32,000 nucleotides of DNA, from contig NC_003902.1 of NCBI RefSeq assembly GCF_000007145.1, positions 1,537,436 through 1,569,435 on the forward strand, given 5' to 3'. The notes below the pieces were generated by a model. It saw only the letters and a program-made list of their open reading frames with translations. It searched no databases and had not been told where the DNA came from. The position numbers and the translations under genes were made by a program. The stretch is from Xanthomonas campestris pv. campestris str. ATCC 33913. GTDB lineage: Bacteria > Pseudomonadota > Gammaproteobacteria > Xanthomonadales > Xanthomonadaceae. Shown piece by piece: positions 1-8,310 of this stretch; the first letter of the stretch is position 1, and the number at the start of each line of letters is the position of its first letter.

Positions 1-141
1 CAACGACGACCGCAGTCACCCAGCATCAGCGCTGTCATTAGCAAGCACCAACACGCCCTGTGTTCTGCAGCGTGAGCGGTTCTGCTAGTATCCGCCGCCC
101 TTGTTCAGGCAGGCCGGCGTCCGCGGTCGTGGATTGATCCC

Positions 142-744
142 ATGCAGCAGCAGTTCCTGTACCTGTCCTCCGCCGAAGCGCAGCTGTCGCTGGGCCTGGG
201 CGAAGAGAAGACCACCGAGCGCCTGTTTTTTGCGGTGATGGCCGATGCCGCCACTGCCACGCATGCCGCACAGATCGGCAGTGCGCTGCTTCAGGCCGGG
301 CTGGTCGAAGGCAAGCCGCTGGCGCCGGAGCGCTTGCATGTCACCTTGCATCATCTGGGCGATTACGCCGGCGGCCTGCCACCATCGCTGGTGGCGCGTG
401 CCAGCCAGGCGGCCGAACGCGTGGCGCAGCAACCGTTCGAGGTGGAGTTCGACCGCGTGGGCACATTCGGTGGGCGCCGCTCGCAACTGCCGTGCGTGTT
501 GCGTGGCGAAGAGCAGGTACGCGGGCTGTACGACCTGCAAGGCGCGCTGGGCCGGCAACTGGCGCACGTGGGCATTGCCGGCGATGCGCAATACACCCCG
601 CACATGACCTTGCTCTACTGCAATCAGTCCCTGCCGCAACGCCGCTGCGACCCGTTGCTCTGGACCGTCACCAACTTCGCCCTGGTGCGCAGCTTTCTTG
701 GCCAGTCGCGTTATCAGATCGAAGGGCGCTGGTTACTGCGCTGA
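142..744 (+). CDS. 2H phosphoesterase superfamily protein (2'-5' RNA ligase / LigT-ThpR-like)
   Basis: 200-aa ORF starting at ATG 142. It has two H-x-T-x motifs with typical 2H-fold spacing: HVTL at aa 66-69 and HMTL at aa 154-157. The conserved N-terminal strand ERLFFAV is present. The true start could lie downstream of 142. Confidence 0.8.
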   Translation: MQQQFLYLSSAEAQLSLGLGEEKTTERLFFAVMADAATATHAAQIGSALLQAGLVEGKPLAPERLHVTLHHLGDYAGGLPPSLVARASQAAERVAQQPFEVEFDRVGTFGGRRSQLPCVLRGEEQVRGLYDLQGALGRQLAHVGIAGDAQYTPHMTLLYCNQSLPQRRCDPLLWTVTNFALVRSFLGQSRYQIEGRWLLR

Positions 745-779
745 TGTGCACGCCGGCATCAACGCGTTAGCCTGCGCGC

Positions 780-1382
780 ATGGACTCCACACCGCTTCCG
801 TTATCGCCTGACCATCTGGCCGCGCTGGAACAGGCCTATGCCACGCCGCCGCGCGCCTACCACCACTTCGGCCACGTGAGGGCCGTGCTGCAGCATTACG
901 CCGAGGTTGCGGCGGGGCCAGGCTGGCAGCAGCCGGTGGAAGTCTGGCTGGCGGTGCTGTTCCACGATGCGGTGTACGTGCCCGGCCGCCGCGACAACGA
1001 AGCCCGCTCGGCCGACTGGGCGGTGGCCTGTATTCCGCAATGGTGGCCGCAGGCGCCGGTGGACCTGGCCCGGGTCCAGGCGCTGATCCTGCTCACCGCC
1101 CGGCATGGCCAGCTGCAGCCGCAGGACGTGGATGCCGACGCGGCGCTGTTCCTGGATTGCGATATGGCCATTCTTGCTGCGCCGGCCGAGGTTTTCGACG
1201 CCTACGACCGCGGAATTGCCGAGGAATACCGTGGGGTGGTGCCCAGCCTGCTGTTCCGGCTCAACCGCGGCCGTTTCCTGGTCGGGCTGCTCAAGCGCCC
1301 GCGCATCTTCCTCAGCGATGACTTTCACGCGCGCTGCGATGCCGCCGCGCGGGCCAACCTGCGCCGACGGCTGGGCCGCTAG
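780..1382 (+). CDS. HD-superfamily metal-dependent phosphohydrolase-like protein (COG4339-type)
   Basis: 200-aa ORF starting at ATG 780. It carries YHHFGHV followed by LFHDAVY, the H...HD metal-binding pattern. Third-position GC looks coding-like by eye. It follows the 2H phosphoesterase gene on the same strand after a 35-nt gap. Confidence 0.65.
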   Translation: MDSTPLPLSPDHLAALEQAYATPPRAYHHFGHVRAVLQHYAEVAAGPGWQQPVEVWLAVLFHDAVYVPGRRDNEARSADWAVACIPQWWPQAPVDLARVQALILLTARHGQLQPQDVDADAALFLDCDMAILAAPAEVFDAYDRGIAEEYRGVVPSLLFRLNRGRFLVGLLKRPRIFLSDDFHARCDAAARANLRRRLGR

Positions 1383-1561
1383 GCCACGCGCAGCGATCAA
1401 CACGATTGCGCAGCCCCCGGGCGGGCGCGGCCTGCGTTCGAAATCCTCACTCATCCCCACACGCTTGGCTTCCGCCGCGCTGTCCGCACCCGCCTGACGA
1501 TTGCTCGCTCCATTGAGTGAGCGTTCCAAGGCCCAGTCAGCCTGCGCGGTACACTTGCCAC

Positions 1562-1744
1562 ATGCACGACGGCGCTTCTTCTCACCACGATCCACGCCCG
1601 CAGCCGCCGCAACCGCCGGGCCCCAACGAGTGCTGCGAGAGCGGTTGCCCCTTATGCGTGCATGACCTGTACGCCGAGGAGCTGGCGCGTTACCGCGCCG
1701 CGTTGGCCGCCTGGCAAGCACGCCAGCCTGCGGCTGCGCCGTGA
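1562..1744 (+). CDS. Small oxidoreductase-like-domain protein with a CCxxGCxxC motif
   Basis: The motif NECCESGCPLCVHDLYAEE matches my recollection of the Oxidored-like (PF09791-type) domain. The ORF track starts at GTG 1517. The first ATG is at 1562 (MHDGASS...), giving 60 aa. Start choice is uncertain. Confidence 0.5.
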   Translation: MHDGASSHHDPRPQPPQPPGPNECCESGCPLCVHDLYAEELARYRAALAAWQARQPAAAP

Positions 1745-1813
1745 GCGAAGCAATGCGCTTCGCGGCAGCACGTGGAACGATTATCTTTGGCCCACTCTTC
1801 CCGATGGTGCGAC

Positions 1814-3187
1814 ATGCGACGACTTGAGATGTGGAGCGCGCTTTGCGGCGCGGCGGCAGTGGCGCTCTCCGGCATGGCCGCTGCACAGGCGCCGCAGGCG
1901 GTCAGCCACGGGCGTTTCGAGCAGATTCCGGTGCTGATGCCCAAGGGCGAGCCACAACGCGTGGTGATCTGGCTGGCCGGCGACGGCAATACGGCCACCC
2001 GTAAGGCCCAGGCCGAGGCGCTGCGTGCCGACGGTGCAATGGTGGCGCTGGTGGATACCGCGCATCTGTATGGCGTGGTGCGCAAGGATGGCGGCACCTG
2101 CGCGTTCTCGGTGGGCGATGTGGAGAACTTCTCGCGCTACCTGCAGGCCTTCTATCACATCCCCACCTATCGGCTGCCGCTGCTGGTGGGCGATGGCGAA
2201 GGCGCCGCACTGGCCTACGCGATCGCCGCGCAGGCCAAGCCGCACACGCTCGCCGGCGTGCTGACCGACGGCCTGTGCCCGGCGGCGGTGTCGGATCAGG
2301 CGATCTGCCAGCCGGGCGTGCGCCCGGGCAGCAACAGCCTGGTGCCGGCGCCGTTGCAGATTCCGTGGGTGCTTGCCAGCAGCCAGGGCACCCGCTGCCC
2401 GTCCGCTGCCGAAGACGCCTTCCTCAAGCAGATTCCGCAGGCCCGGACATTCCGGCGCTCCAGGCAGGGCGATATTTTGCCAGGGCTACGCGCAGCGGCG
2501 CGCTCGCTGGGCGAGCAGAAAGGCGTGGCCTTGCCGCCACCGCCGGGTGGCCTGGAAGACCTGCCCGTGGTCGAATTGCCGGCCAGGGGTGATGGCGACA
2601 ACGACGACGACACCTTCGCCATCTTCGTCTCCGGTGACGGCGGCTGGGCGGGGCTGGACGAGGAGGTTGCCGATGCGCTGGTGGCGCAGGGCATTCCGGT
2701 GGTCGGACTGGATTCGCTGCGCTACTTCTGGAGCGAACGCACGCCGCAAGGATTCGCCACCGACCTGGACCGCATCGCGCGGTTCTATGCGCAGCGTTGG
2801 CAGCGCCGGCGGGTGGTGCTGATCGGCTTCTCGCAAGGTGCCGACGTGCTGCCGGCGGCCATCAACAAGCTGCCCGCACCCACCAAGCAAAACCTGCGCA
2901 TGACCGCGCTGTTGTCGGTTGGCAAGCTGGCCGACTACGAGTTCCATGTCAGCAACTGGCTGGGGTCGGACGACGACGGCTTGCCGATCGCCCCGGAAGT
3001 GCAGCGCCTGCCGCCTGGCATCACCGTGTGCATTTACGGCCAGGACGATGAAGACGCGCTGTGCCCAAGCCTGCCGGCGGAGACGGCCAAGCGCGTCGTG
3101 CTGCCGGGCGATCATCACTTCAAGGGCGATTACGCGACTTTGGCGAAGGTGATCATGGAACAGCTGCACGCGCTGTCGAAACCGTAA
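1814..3187 (+). CDS. acvB: AcvB/VirJ-family virulence-factor-like protein (probable aminoacyl-phosphatidylglycerol hydrolase)
   Basis: The track ORF begins at GTG 1772, but ATG 1814 gives a signal-peptide-like N-terminus (MRRLEMWSALCGAAAVALSGMAAAQA). The C-terminal alpha/beta-hydrolase VirJ-type domain has FVSGDGGW and the nucleophile elbow GFSQG. The gene lies next to mprF, as in the Agrobacterium lpiA-acvB pair. Confidence 0.8.
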   Translation: MRRLEMWSALCGAAAVALSGMAAAQAPQAVSHGRFEQIPVLMPKGEPQRVVIWLAGDGNTATRKAQAEALRADGAMVALVDTAHLYGVVRKDGGTCAFSVGDVENFSRYLQAFYHIPTYRLPLLVGDGEGAALAYAIAAQAKPHTLAGVLTDGLCPAAVSDQAICQPGVRPGSNSLVPAPLQIPWVLASSQGTRCPSAAEDAFLKQIPQARTFRRSRQGDILPGLRAAARSLGEQKGVALPPPPGGLEDLPVVELPARGDGDNDDDTFAIFVSGDGGWAGLDEEVADALVAQGIPVVGLDSLRYFWSERTPQGFATDLDRIARFYAQRWQRRRVVLIGFSQGADVLPAAINKLPAPTKQNLRMTALLSVGKLADYEFHVSNWLGSDDDGLPIAPEVQRLPPGITVCIYGQDDEDALCPSLPAETAKRVVLPGDHHFKGDYATLAKVIMEQLHALSKP

Positions 3188-3198
3188 CGAGCAGGGCA

Positions 3199-3226
3199 GC
3201 GCACCGCGTGATCGCACGCGGTGCGC
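3199..3226. terminator. Hairpin between the convergent acvB and mprF genes (possible bidirectional terminator)
   Basis: GCGCACCGCG (3199-3208), an 8-nt loop tgatcgca, then CGCGGTGCGC (3217-3226). This is a perfect 10-bp GC-rich stem inside the 54-nt gap between the two stop codons. There is no clear U-tract. Confidence 0.5.
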
Positions 3227-3241
3227 GGGTCAGTTATCGCG

Positions 3242-5806
3242 TCAGTCCTGCCGGCCCGGGTCTACCGAGATCAGCCGAGTGACATCCAGCAGCGCGGCGG
3301 GCAGATGCATGCCGCCGGGCGCGACCAGATAGCGTGGGCGCCAGGTCGGTGCGAACTTGGATTTGAAGCGGCGCAGCCCGCTGAAGCCATAGAAGCGTTC
3401 GCCATGCCGCGCCACCAAGCTGGCGAAGCGATTCCAGCGGCCAGCCAGCCGATGCTCGGCCAGGCCCGACAGCGGTGCCATGCCCAGCGAGAAGCGCGTG
3501 TAGCCGTTGGCATGGCCCCACAGGAACAGCTCGATAAACAGGAAATCCATGGTGCCCTTGGGTGCCTGCGCGCTGTGCCGCATCAGGTCCACCGACAACT
3601 CGCCGCCGGCAGGCGCGCACCACACATTGGCGAACGCCACGATCTTGCCCTCCGCCTCGGCAACCGCCATCGGAAACCGGCGCAGGTAGTCCGGGTCGAA
3701 ACTACCCAGCGAGAAGCCTTTCTCTTCGCCGGCCTTTTCGTCCAGCCATTGCTCGGAGACCTCGCCCAGCTCTGCCATCACCGCATCCACCTGCTCGGGC
3801 TGCAGCATGCGGAAGCTCAGGCCGCCGCGCTTGCCGCGGTTCCAGGCCTGGCGCAGGTCGGCGCGGTCGCGGCCTTCCAGGGTGAAGCCCTCCAGCGGCA
3901 CGATCGCTTCTTCGCCCAGCTTGACCAGGGTCAGGCCCATGTCCAGATAGGTCTGCCAGTATTTCTCGCCCACCTGGTAGAACACCGGGCGCAGGCCCAT
4001 GTGGTCGGCTTCCTCGCGGAAGCGCCAGATCAGCGCACGCGCCACCTCCGGCGGCCCGACCGGGTCGCCCATCGAGATCAGCGAGCCGCCGTAGCGCTGC
4101 ATCATCACAAAGCCCAGGCCCTTCTCATCACGCAGGAACGCCTTGTCGCCGGTGAGCGCCAGGCAGGCCTGGGTGTCGGCGCTGCTGGCCAGCACCGGTG
4201 CCAGGGCCTGCAAGGCTTGCGCATCGGCTGGCGGCATTGGCCGGCGACCGCCGCGCAATAGGCGTGCGGTGCCGAACAGGATCACGCCCACGCACAGGAT
4301 CAGCAGCGCACGCAGCGCACGCGGCGCATTGGCCGAGGTGGCGAACTGCCACCACAGGTCGTTGCTGTATTCGACATGGCTGTAGACGAAGAACAACAGC
4401 CAGAACGTGGCCACCAGCACCAGCCCCAGATTGCTCAGCCAGCGCCACGACCAGGCTTCGTCCAGCAGCGCGCCCTGGCGATAGAACTCCCGGCGTGCCG
4501 CCCACAAGGCCACTGCGGCCAGTGCGGCCGACAGCGACACCGAGATATGGCTGCCGCGCAGCAGCGACAGCGGCGGCAGCAACACGCACACGCCCAGTGC
4601 CAGCACCCAGGCCGAATGGCTGCGGCGTTGCAGGCCCTGGCCGATTAGCAACAGCAGCATGCCGCCCAGGCTGACCAGCAGGTGCGAGGTCTCGATCAGC
4701 GGCAGCGGCGCCACCTCCTGACGTGCGCGTGGCGTGGGCAGGGTGCCGTCGATCACCAGCGCCGCACCTACCGCAAACACCGCCAAGGCCAGGATCTGCG
4801 GCAGCCACGGCCGCAAGGTCTTCCACACCGTGCGCGCGGTGCTGGCACTGGCGCGCACCGGTGCGCGCAGGCCGGTGGCCGCGGCCATGGCCACCGAAAT
4901 CAGCAACGGCACGATGTAATACGTGACCCGGTACGCCAGCGCGGCCGCCAGCACCGCCGCCGGGGTGACATGCGGCAGCAGCTTGAGCAGGCTCCACTCG
5001 AACACGCCCAGGCCGGCCGGCACGGTGGAGATCAGCCCGGCCACCACCGCCACCAGCCAGATGCCGATGAAGCCGAAATAGCCGGTGCCCGGATCGGGCG
5101 GCAGCAGCACGTAGAACGCCGCCGCGGCCAGGCCCAGTTCGACCACGCTGAGCGCAGTCACGCCCAGCACGGTGGTGCGGTCGGGCAGCCAGAAGCGATG
5201 GCTGCGGATGCCGAATTCGCGTCCGTGCCGGCCCACCAGCACCAGCATCGCCAGGTAACCGGCCAGCAGCGCGATGCCGGCGATGCGAATGCCTTCGGCG
5301 GCGATCGGCAGTGCACGTGCGGCCGCTTCGGGTTCGAGCATCAGCGCAATGCCGAGCAGCACCCAGGCGCCGAAGATGAAGCCCAGCGTGCTCATCAGCA
5401 CCACTTGGCCGATCTCGGCCAGGGTCAGCCCCACGCTGCCGTAGCCGCGCAAGCGCACCGCGCCGCCGGTGAGCGCCGCAAAGCCCAGTGTCTGCCCCAC
5501 CGCGTGCGCCATGAAGGCGGTGATGCCCACCCGCGCCGGATGCAGGCGCTTGCCGGTGCGCTTGAGGCCCACCCAGTCGAAGCCCACCAGGCACGCATAG
5601 CTGCTCAGGCCAAGCAGCAAGGTGAGTGCGATCTGGCCGGCGCCGAGTGCGCGGAACGCCTGCCGGATCTGGCGGTAGCCGTGATCGGTGAATTGCGAGG
5701 ACAGCGCGTGCAGCGCCATGGCCAGGATCGCCAGGCTGATGATCACGGGCAGCGCACGGCGCCAGCCGCTGGCGGTCGCTTCGGAAGGCACGGGGGTATC
5801 CGTCAT
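3242..5806 (-). CDS. mprF: Bifunctional aminoacyl(lysyl/alanyl)-phosphatidylglycerol synthase/flippase MprF
   Basis: The track ORF of 1031 aa is an upstream read-through. The ATG at 5806..5804 (MTDTPVPSEATASGWRRALPVIISLAILA) gives 854 aa. The N-terminal half is polytopic membrane and the C-terminal half is a DUF2156/LPG-synthase-type cytoplasmic domain (GFVMMQRYGGSLISMGDP..., FYQVGEKYWQTYLDMGL...). Confidence 0.85.
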   Translation of the reverse strand: MTDTPVPSEATASGWRRALPVIISLAILAMALHALSSQFTDHGYRQIRQAFRALGAGQIALTLLLGLSSYACLVGFDWVGLKRTGKRLHPARVGITAFMAHAVGQTLGFAALTGGAVRLRGYGSVGLTLAEIGQVVLMSTLGFIFGAWVLLGIALMLEPEAAARALPIAAEGIRIAGIALLAGYLAMLVLVGRHGREFGIRSHRFWLPDRTTVLGVTALSVVELGLAAAAFYVLLPPDPGTGYFGFIGIWLVAVVAGLISTVPAGLGVFEWSLLKLLPHVTPAAVLAAALAYRVTYYIVPLLISVAMAAATGLRAPVRASASTARTVWKTLRPWLPQILALAVFAVGAALVIDGTLPTPRARQEVAPLPLIETSHLLVSLGGMLLLLIGQGLQRRSHSAWVLALGVCVLLPPLSLLRGSHISVSLSAALAAVALWAARREFYRQGALLDEAWSWRWLSNLGLVLVATFWLLFFVYSHVEYSNDLWWQFATSANAPRALRALLILCVGVILFGTARLLRGGRRPMPPADAQALQALAPVLASSADTQACLALTGDKAFLRDEKGLGFVMMQRYGGSLISMGDPVGPPEVARALIWRFREEADHMGLRPVFYQVGEKYWQTYLDMGLTLVKLGEEAIVPLEGFTLEGRDRADLRQAWNRGKRGGLSFRMLQPEQVDAVMAELGEVSEQWLDEKAGEEKGFSLGSFDPDYLRRFPMAVAEAEGKIVAFANVWCAPAGGELSVDLMRHSAQAPKGTMDFLFIELFLWGHANGYTRFSLGMAPLSGLAEHRLAGRWNRFASLVARHGERFYGFSGLRRFKSKFAPTWRPRYLVAPGGMHLPAALLDVTRLISVDPGRQD

Positions 5807-6064
5807 GGGGGCAACGGGATCTGCTGAAAGGAGGGGAGTGCGCACGCGCCGCGGAGGCAGCAAGTGCGAAGGATCTGCATGGGCCGGACAACGTGGGAGT
5901 GCATGCAGCGTGGTCGCGTGGGCGCCGGTGGAGGGTGAACACAGGGTTCGATCGGGCCGACACATTGTCGGCCCTGGACGGCCGCGCGCATCATAGGCCA
6001 AACGGGCGCATGCGTGCGGTTGGAACGAAACGATGCAAAGCGATGCAGTGAAGGTGCAGACAGG

Positions 6065-6766
6065 ATGTTGAAGCGTGAGATGGCGCAAGGCAGGGGAGCT
6101 GATGCACAGGCCGTGCCAGGCGCGCCGCCGCGCTGGAGCGCGCATGCCGGCAGCACCGCCGCCGTGGTTGGCGTGGCATTCGTCGTGCTGGTGCTGACCC
6201 TGCAACTGATGCGTGCCGACCTGGACTGGGTGGGCGCGCAACTGAGCCTGTATCTGCACGGGCCCTACGGGTTGGTACTGCGCACCGCTTATTGCGTGCT
6301 GGCCGCGAGCATGGCGTGGTTGGCGCTGGGCCTGCATGCCGCGCTGATGCCAACCGCGCGCAGCCGCACCGTGCTGGGCTTGTTCTGGGCCGCGGCACTA
6401 GGCCTGAGCGCAGTCTCGATCGGCGACAGCTGGATGCCGACGCTAGCGCCGAACGCGGCGTTGATGGTGCATCTGTTGTCCGCGCAGGCCGCGTTTCTAT
6501 GCGTGATTGCCGGGCTGCTGCTGCAGTCGTGGTATTTCCGCAACGACCCACGCTGGCGCAGCCGCTTCGTGCCGGCCTTCGGCCTGGGCCTGGTTGCGTT
6601 TGCGGTCTTGCTGTTCAACGTGAGCGTGCACACCGCGCCACGCGGCATCAGCCAGAAGACCGCCATCGTGCTGATCGTGATCTGGTTGACGCTGGTGGGC
6701 AGTTGGCTGGCACGCGCTGCACGTTCATCGCATTCGCGTGACAATGCCCGGGTCAACCAACCGTAG
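6065..6766 (+). CDS. Polytopic membrane protein, resembles the DUF998 family
   Basis: The ORF contains 5-6 hydrophobic helices. The track start 6014 is an alternative codon, and ATG 6065 (MLKREMAQG...) is the first ATG. Family assignment is from memory only. Confidence 0.55.
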   Translation: MLKREMAQGRGADAQAVPGAPPRWSAHAGSTAAVVGVAFVVLVLTLQLMRADLDWVGAQLSLYLHGPYGLVLRTAYCVLAASMAWLALGLHAALMPTARSRTVLGLFWAAALGLSAVSIGDSWMPTLAPNAALMVHLLSAQAAFLCVIAGLLLQSWYFRNDPRWRSRFVPAFGLGLVAFAVLLFNVSVHTAPRGISQKTAIVLIVIWLTLVGSWLARAARSSHSRDNARVNQP

Positions 6767-6777
6767 GAAGCCTGAAG

Positions 6778-7125
6778 ATGCTGCAGCGATTCGATACCGG
6801 CCCGCGTATGTCCGAAATGACCGTCCATGGCGGCGTGTGCTACCTCGCCGGGCAGATTGCCGACGACACCAGCGAAGACATCACCGGGCAGACCCGTCAG
6901 GTGCTGGCCGAGATCGACAAGCTGCTGGCGATGGCCGCCAGCGACAAGACCAAGATTCTGCGTGCGGAAATCTTTCTTGCCGACATCGCCGATTTCGACG
7001 GGATGAACAAGGCCTGGGACGAGTGGGTGCCGCATGGCTTCACCCCGGCACGCGCCACCGTGGAAGCCAAGCTGGCGCGCCCGGAGTGGAAGGTGGAGAT
7101 CGTGATCACCGCAGCAACGAGCTGA
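6778..7125 (+). CDS. RidA/YjgF/L-PSP family reactive-intermediate deaminase
   Basis: 115-aa ORF with an AGGAAG ribosome-binding site 7 nt upstream of ATG 6778. Typical family layout: GGVCYLAGQIA, ITGQTRQVLAEID, ILRAEIFLADI, ARATVEAKLARPEWKVEI. Confidence 0.8.
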   Translation: MLQRFDTGPRMSEMTVHGGVCYLAGQIADDTSEDITGQTRQVLAEIDKLLAMAASDKTKILRAEIFLADIADFDGMNKAWDEWVPHGFTPARATVEAKLARPEWKVEIVITAATS

Positions 7126-7175
7126 TTGGCTGATCAATCACTGCGCGCGGTGCTGCGGCATCGCGCTGCGGGCCG

Positions 7176-7196
7176 GTCGGCAGCATGGCTGCCGAC
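7176..7196. terminator. Hairpin between convergent ridA-like gene and the last gene of the lipid operon
   Basis: GTCGGCAGC, loop atg, GCTGCCGAC. This is a perfect 9-bp stem with a 3-nt loop in the 97-nt convergent spacer. There is no U-tract. Confidence 0.4.
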
Positions 7197-7222
7197 TGAC
7201 CGAGCTGGTCAATCGGCGCAGG

Positions 7223-8293
7223 TCAGCGCTTGGCGAAGCGGTAATGCGCCACGCCCCATTCGCGGCCTTCGTCGTAGCCGAACAGCTCCGCGCAGGCCAG
7301 CCAGAACATGCGCCAGCGCTGCCACCAGCGCTGTGCATCCTCGCCGTAGGTCTGCCGCAGCAGCGGCATGATCTGTTCGCGGTGCCGGTCCTGGTTTTCC
7401 AGCCAGGCATTGGCGGTCTTTTCGTAATGCTCGCCGGACAACACCCAGCGCTGTTCGATCACCACATCCTGCTGAAACTGCAGCAGCGTATCGGCCGCCG
7501 GCATCAGCCCGCCGGTGAAGAAGTGCCGCCCCATCCAGTTGTCTTCGCCGGCCACTTCGAACGGGTAGGCCAGGTCGCGGTGGCAGAAGATATGCACGAA
7601 CAGCTTGCCGCCCGGCGCCAGCCAGCTGCCGATCCGCGACAGCAGCTCGCGGTAGTTGCGCATGTGCTCGAACATTTCCACCGAGACCACGCGATCGAAG
7701 CTGTCAGTGGGCAGTGCCAGCGCATTGACGTCGGCGGTGATGACCTGCACGTTGCTCAGCCCGCGCACGCGGCACTGTTCCAGGATGTGCGCGCGCTGCG
7801 GCCGCGAATTGGACACCGCGGTGATGCTGGCATTCGGATAGCGCTCGGCCATCCACAAGGTGAGCGAGCCCCAGCCGCAGCCCAGCTCCAGGATGCGCTG
7901 GCCATCGGCCAGTTCGGCGCGCTCGCCGTACAACGCCAGCATGCGCAGTTCGGCCGCGTCCAGGTCCGGCGTGGTCGCGTCCCAGTAACAGCTGCTGTAT
8001 TTCAGGCGCCGCCCCAGGCATAGGGTGAAGAACTGCGGGGGCAGCTCGTAATGCTGGCGATTGGCGGCATCGGTTTCGATCGCGATGGCGCTGCCGCGCA
8101 GGCTGTCGATGAAGGTGCGTTGGCGCTCGCCGCTGGCATCGGCGCCATCGCGGCGTTCGTCCAGCAGGCGCTGCGCGCATAGACGGCGGATGCCGTAACG
8201 CAACGCGGCATCGGGCAGCACGCCGGATTCGGCCAGGCGGGTGGCAAAGCCTTCTTCGGGATGCGCGGAGGGCGGGATGGTGACAGTGGACAT
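7223..8293 (-). CDS. SAM-dependent methyltransferase of the cyclopropane/mycolic-acid synthase (CMAS) family, second paralog in the operon
   Basis: The track ORF of 490 aa is over-extended. The ATG at 8293..8291 (MSTVTIPPSAHPEEGF) gives 356 aa. SAM-binding motif ILELGCGWGSLTLWMAERYP is present, and DRVVSVEMFEHM plus the C-terminal WRMFWLACAELF are typical of the CMAS fold. It lies 17 nt downstream of the DUF1295 gene. Confidence 0.85.
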   Translation of the reverse strand: MSTVTIPPSAHPEEGFATRLAESGVLPDAALRYGIRRLCAQRLLDERRDGADASGERQRTFIDSLRGSAIAIETDAANRQHYELPPQFFTLCLGRRLKYSSCYWDATTPDLDAAELRMLALYGERAELADGQRILELGCGWGSLTLWMAERYPNASITAVSNSRPQRAHILEQCRVRGLSNVQVITADVNALALPTDSFDRVVSVEMFEHMRNYRELLSRIGSWLAPGGKLFVHIFCHRDLAYPFEVAGEDNWMGRHFFTGGLMPAADTLLQFQQDVVIEQRWVLSGEHYEKTANAWLENQDRHREQIMPLLRQTYGEDAQRWWQRWRMFWLACAELFGYDEGREWGVAHYRFAKR

Positions 8294-8310
8294 GCGACTC
8301 TCCAGGCGAA

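Noticed and set aside
1-141. Possible gene fragments at the left edge: a minus-strand ATG at 38..36 running off the window, and plus-strand frames ending at 75 or 88
   Set aside because: Only 12-29 codons are visible, with no motif and ambiguous codon bias. The evidence is insufficient to call a partial CDS.
3221-4261. 346-aa plus-strand ORF, together with other 300-490-aa frames opposite the lipid operon (for example 12995-14269, 11823-12848, 10954-11973, 801-1886)
   Set aside because: All are antisense to genes with clear catalytic motifs, and their products are low-complexity Arg/Ala/Gly/His-rich sequences. I treat them as GC-driven shadow ORFs.
5941-5975. tRNA-like T-loop sequence GGTTCGATC
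   Set aside because: The flanking bases do not form a T-stem (GGG on both sides), and no acceptor or anticodon arms can be drawn. The nearby complementarity is the simple 9-bp palindrome reported separately.
5807-6337. N-terminal 177-aa extension of the mprF ORF (track ORF 3242-6337, 1031 aa)
   Set aside because: The extension is Arg/Pro/His-rich, non-hydrophobic and overlaps the divergent DUF998 gene region. The conserved MprF membrane domain begins right after the ATG at 5806.
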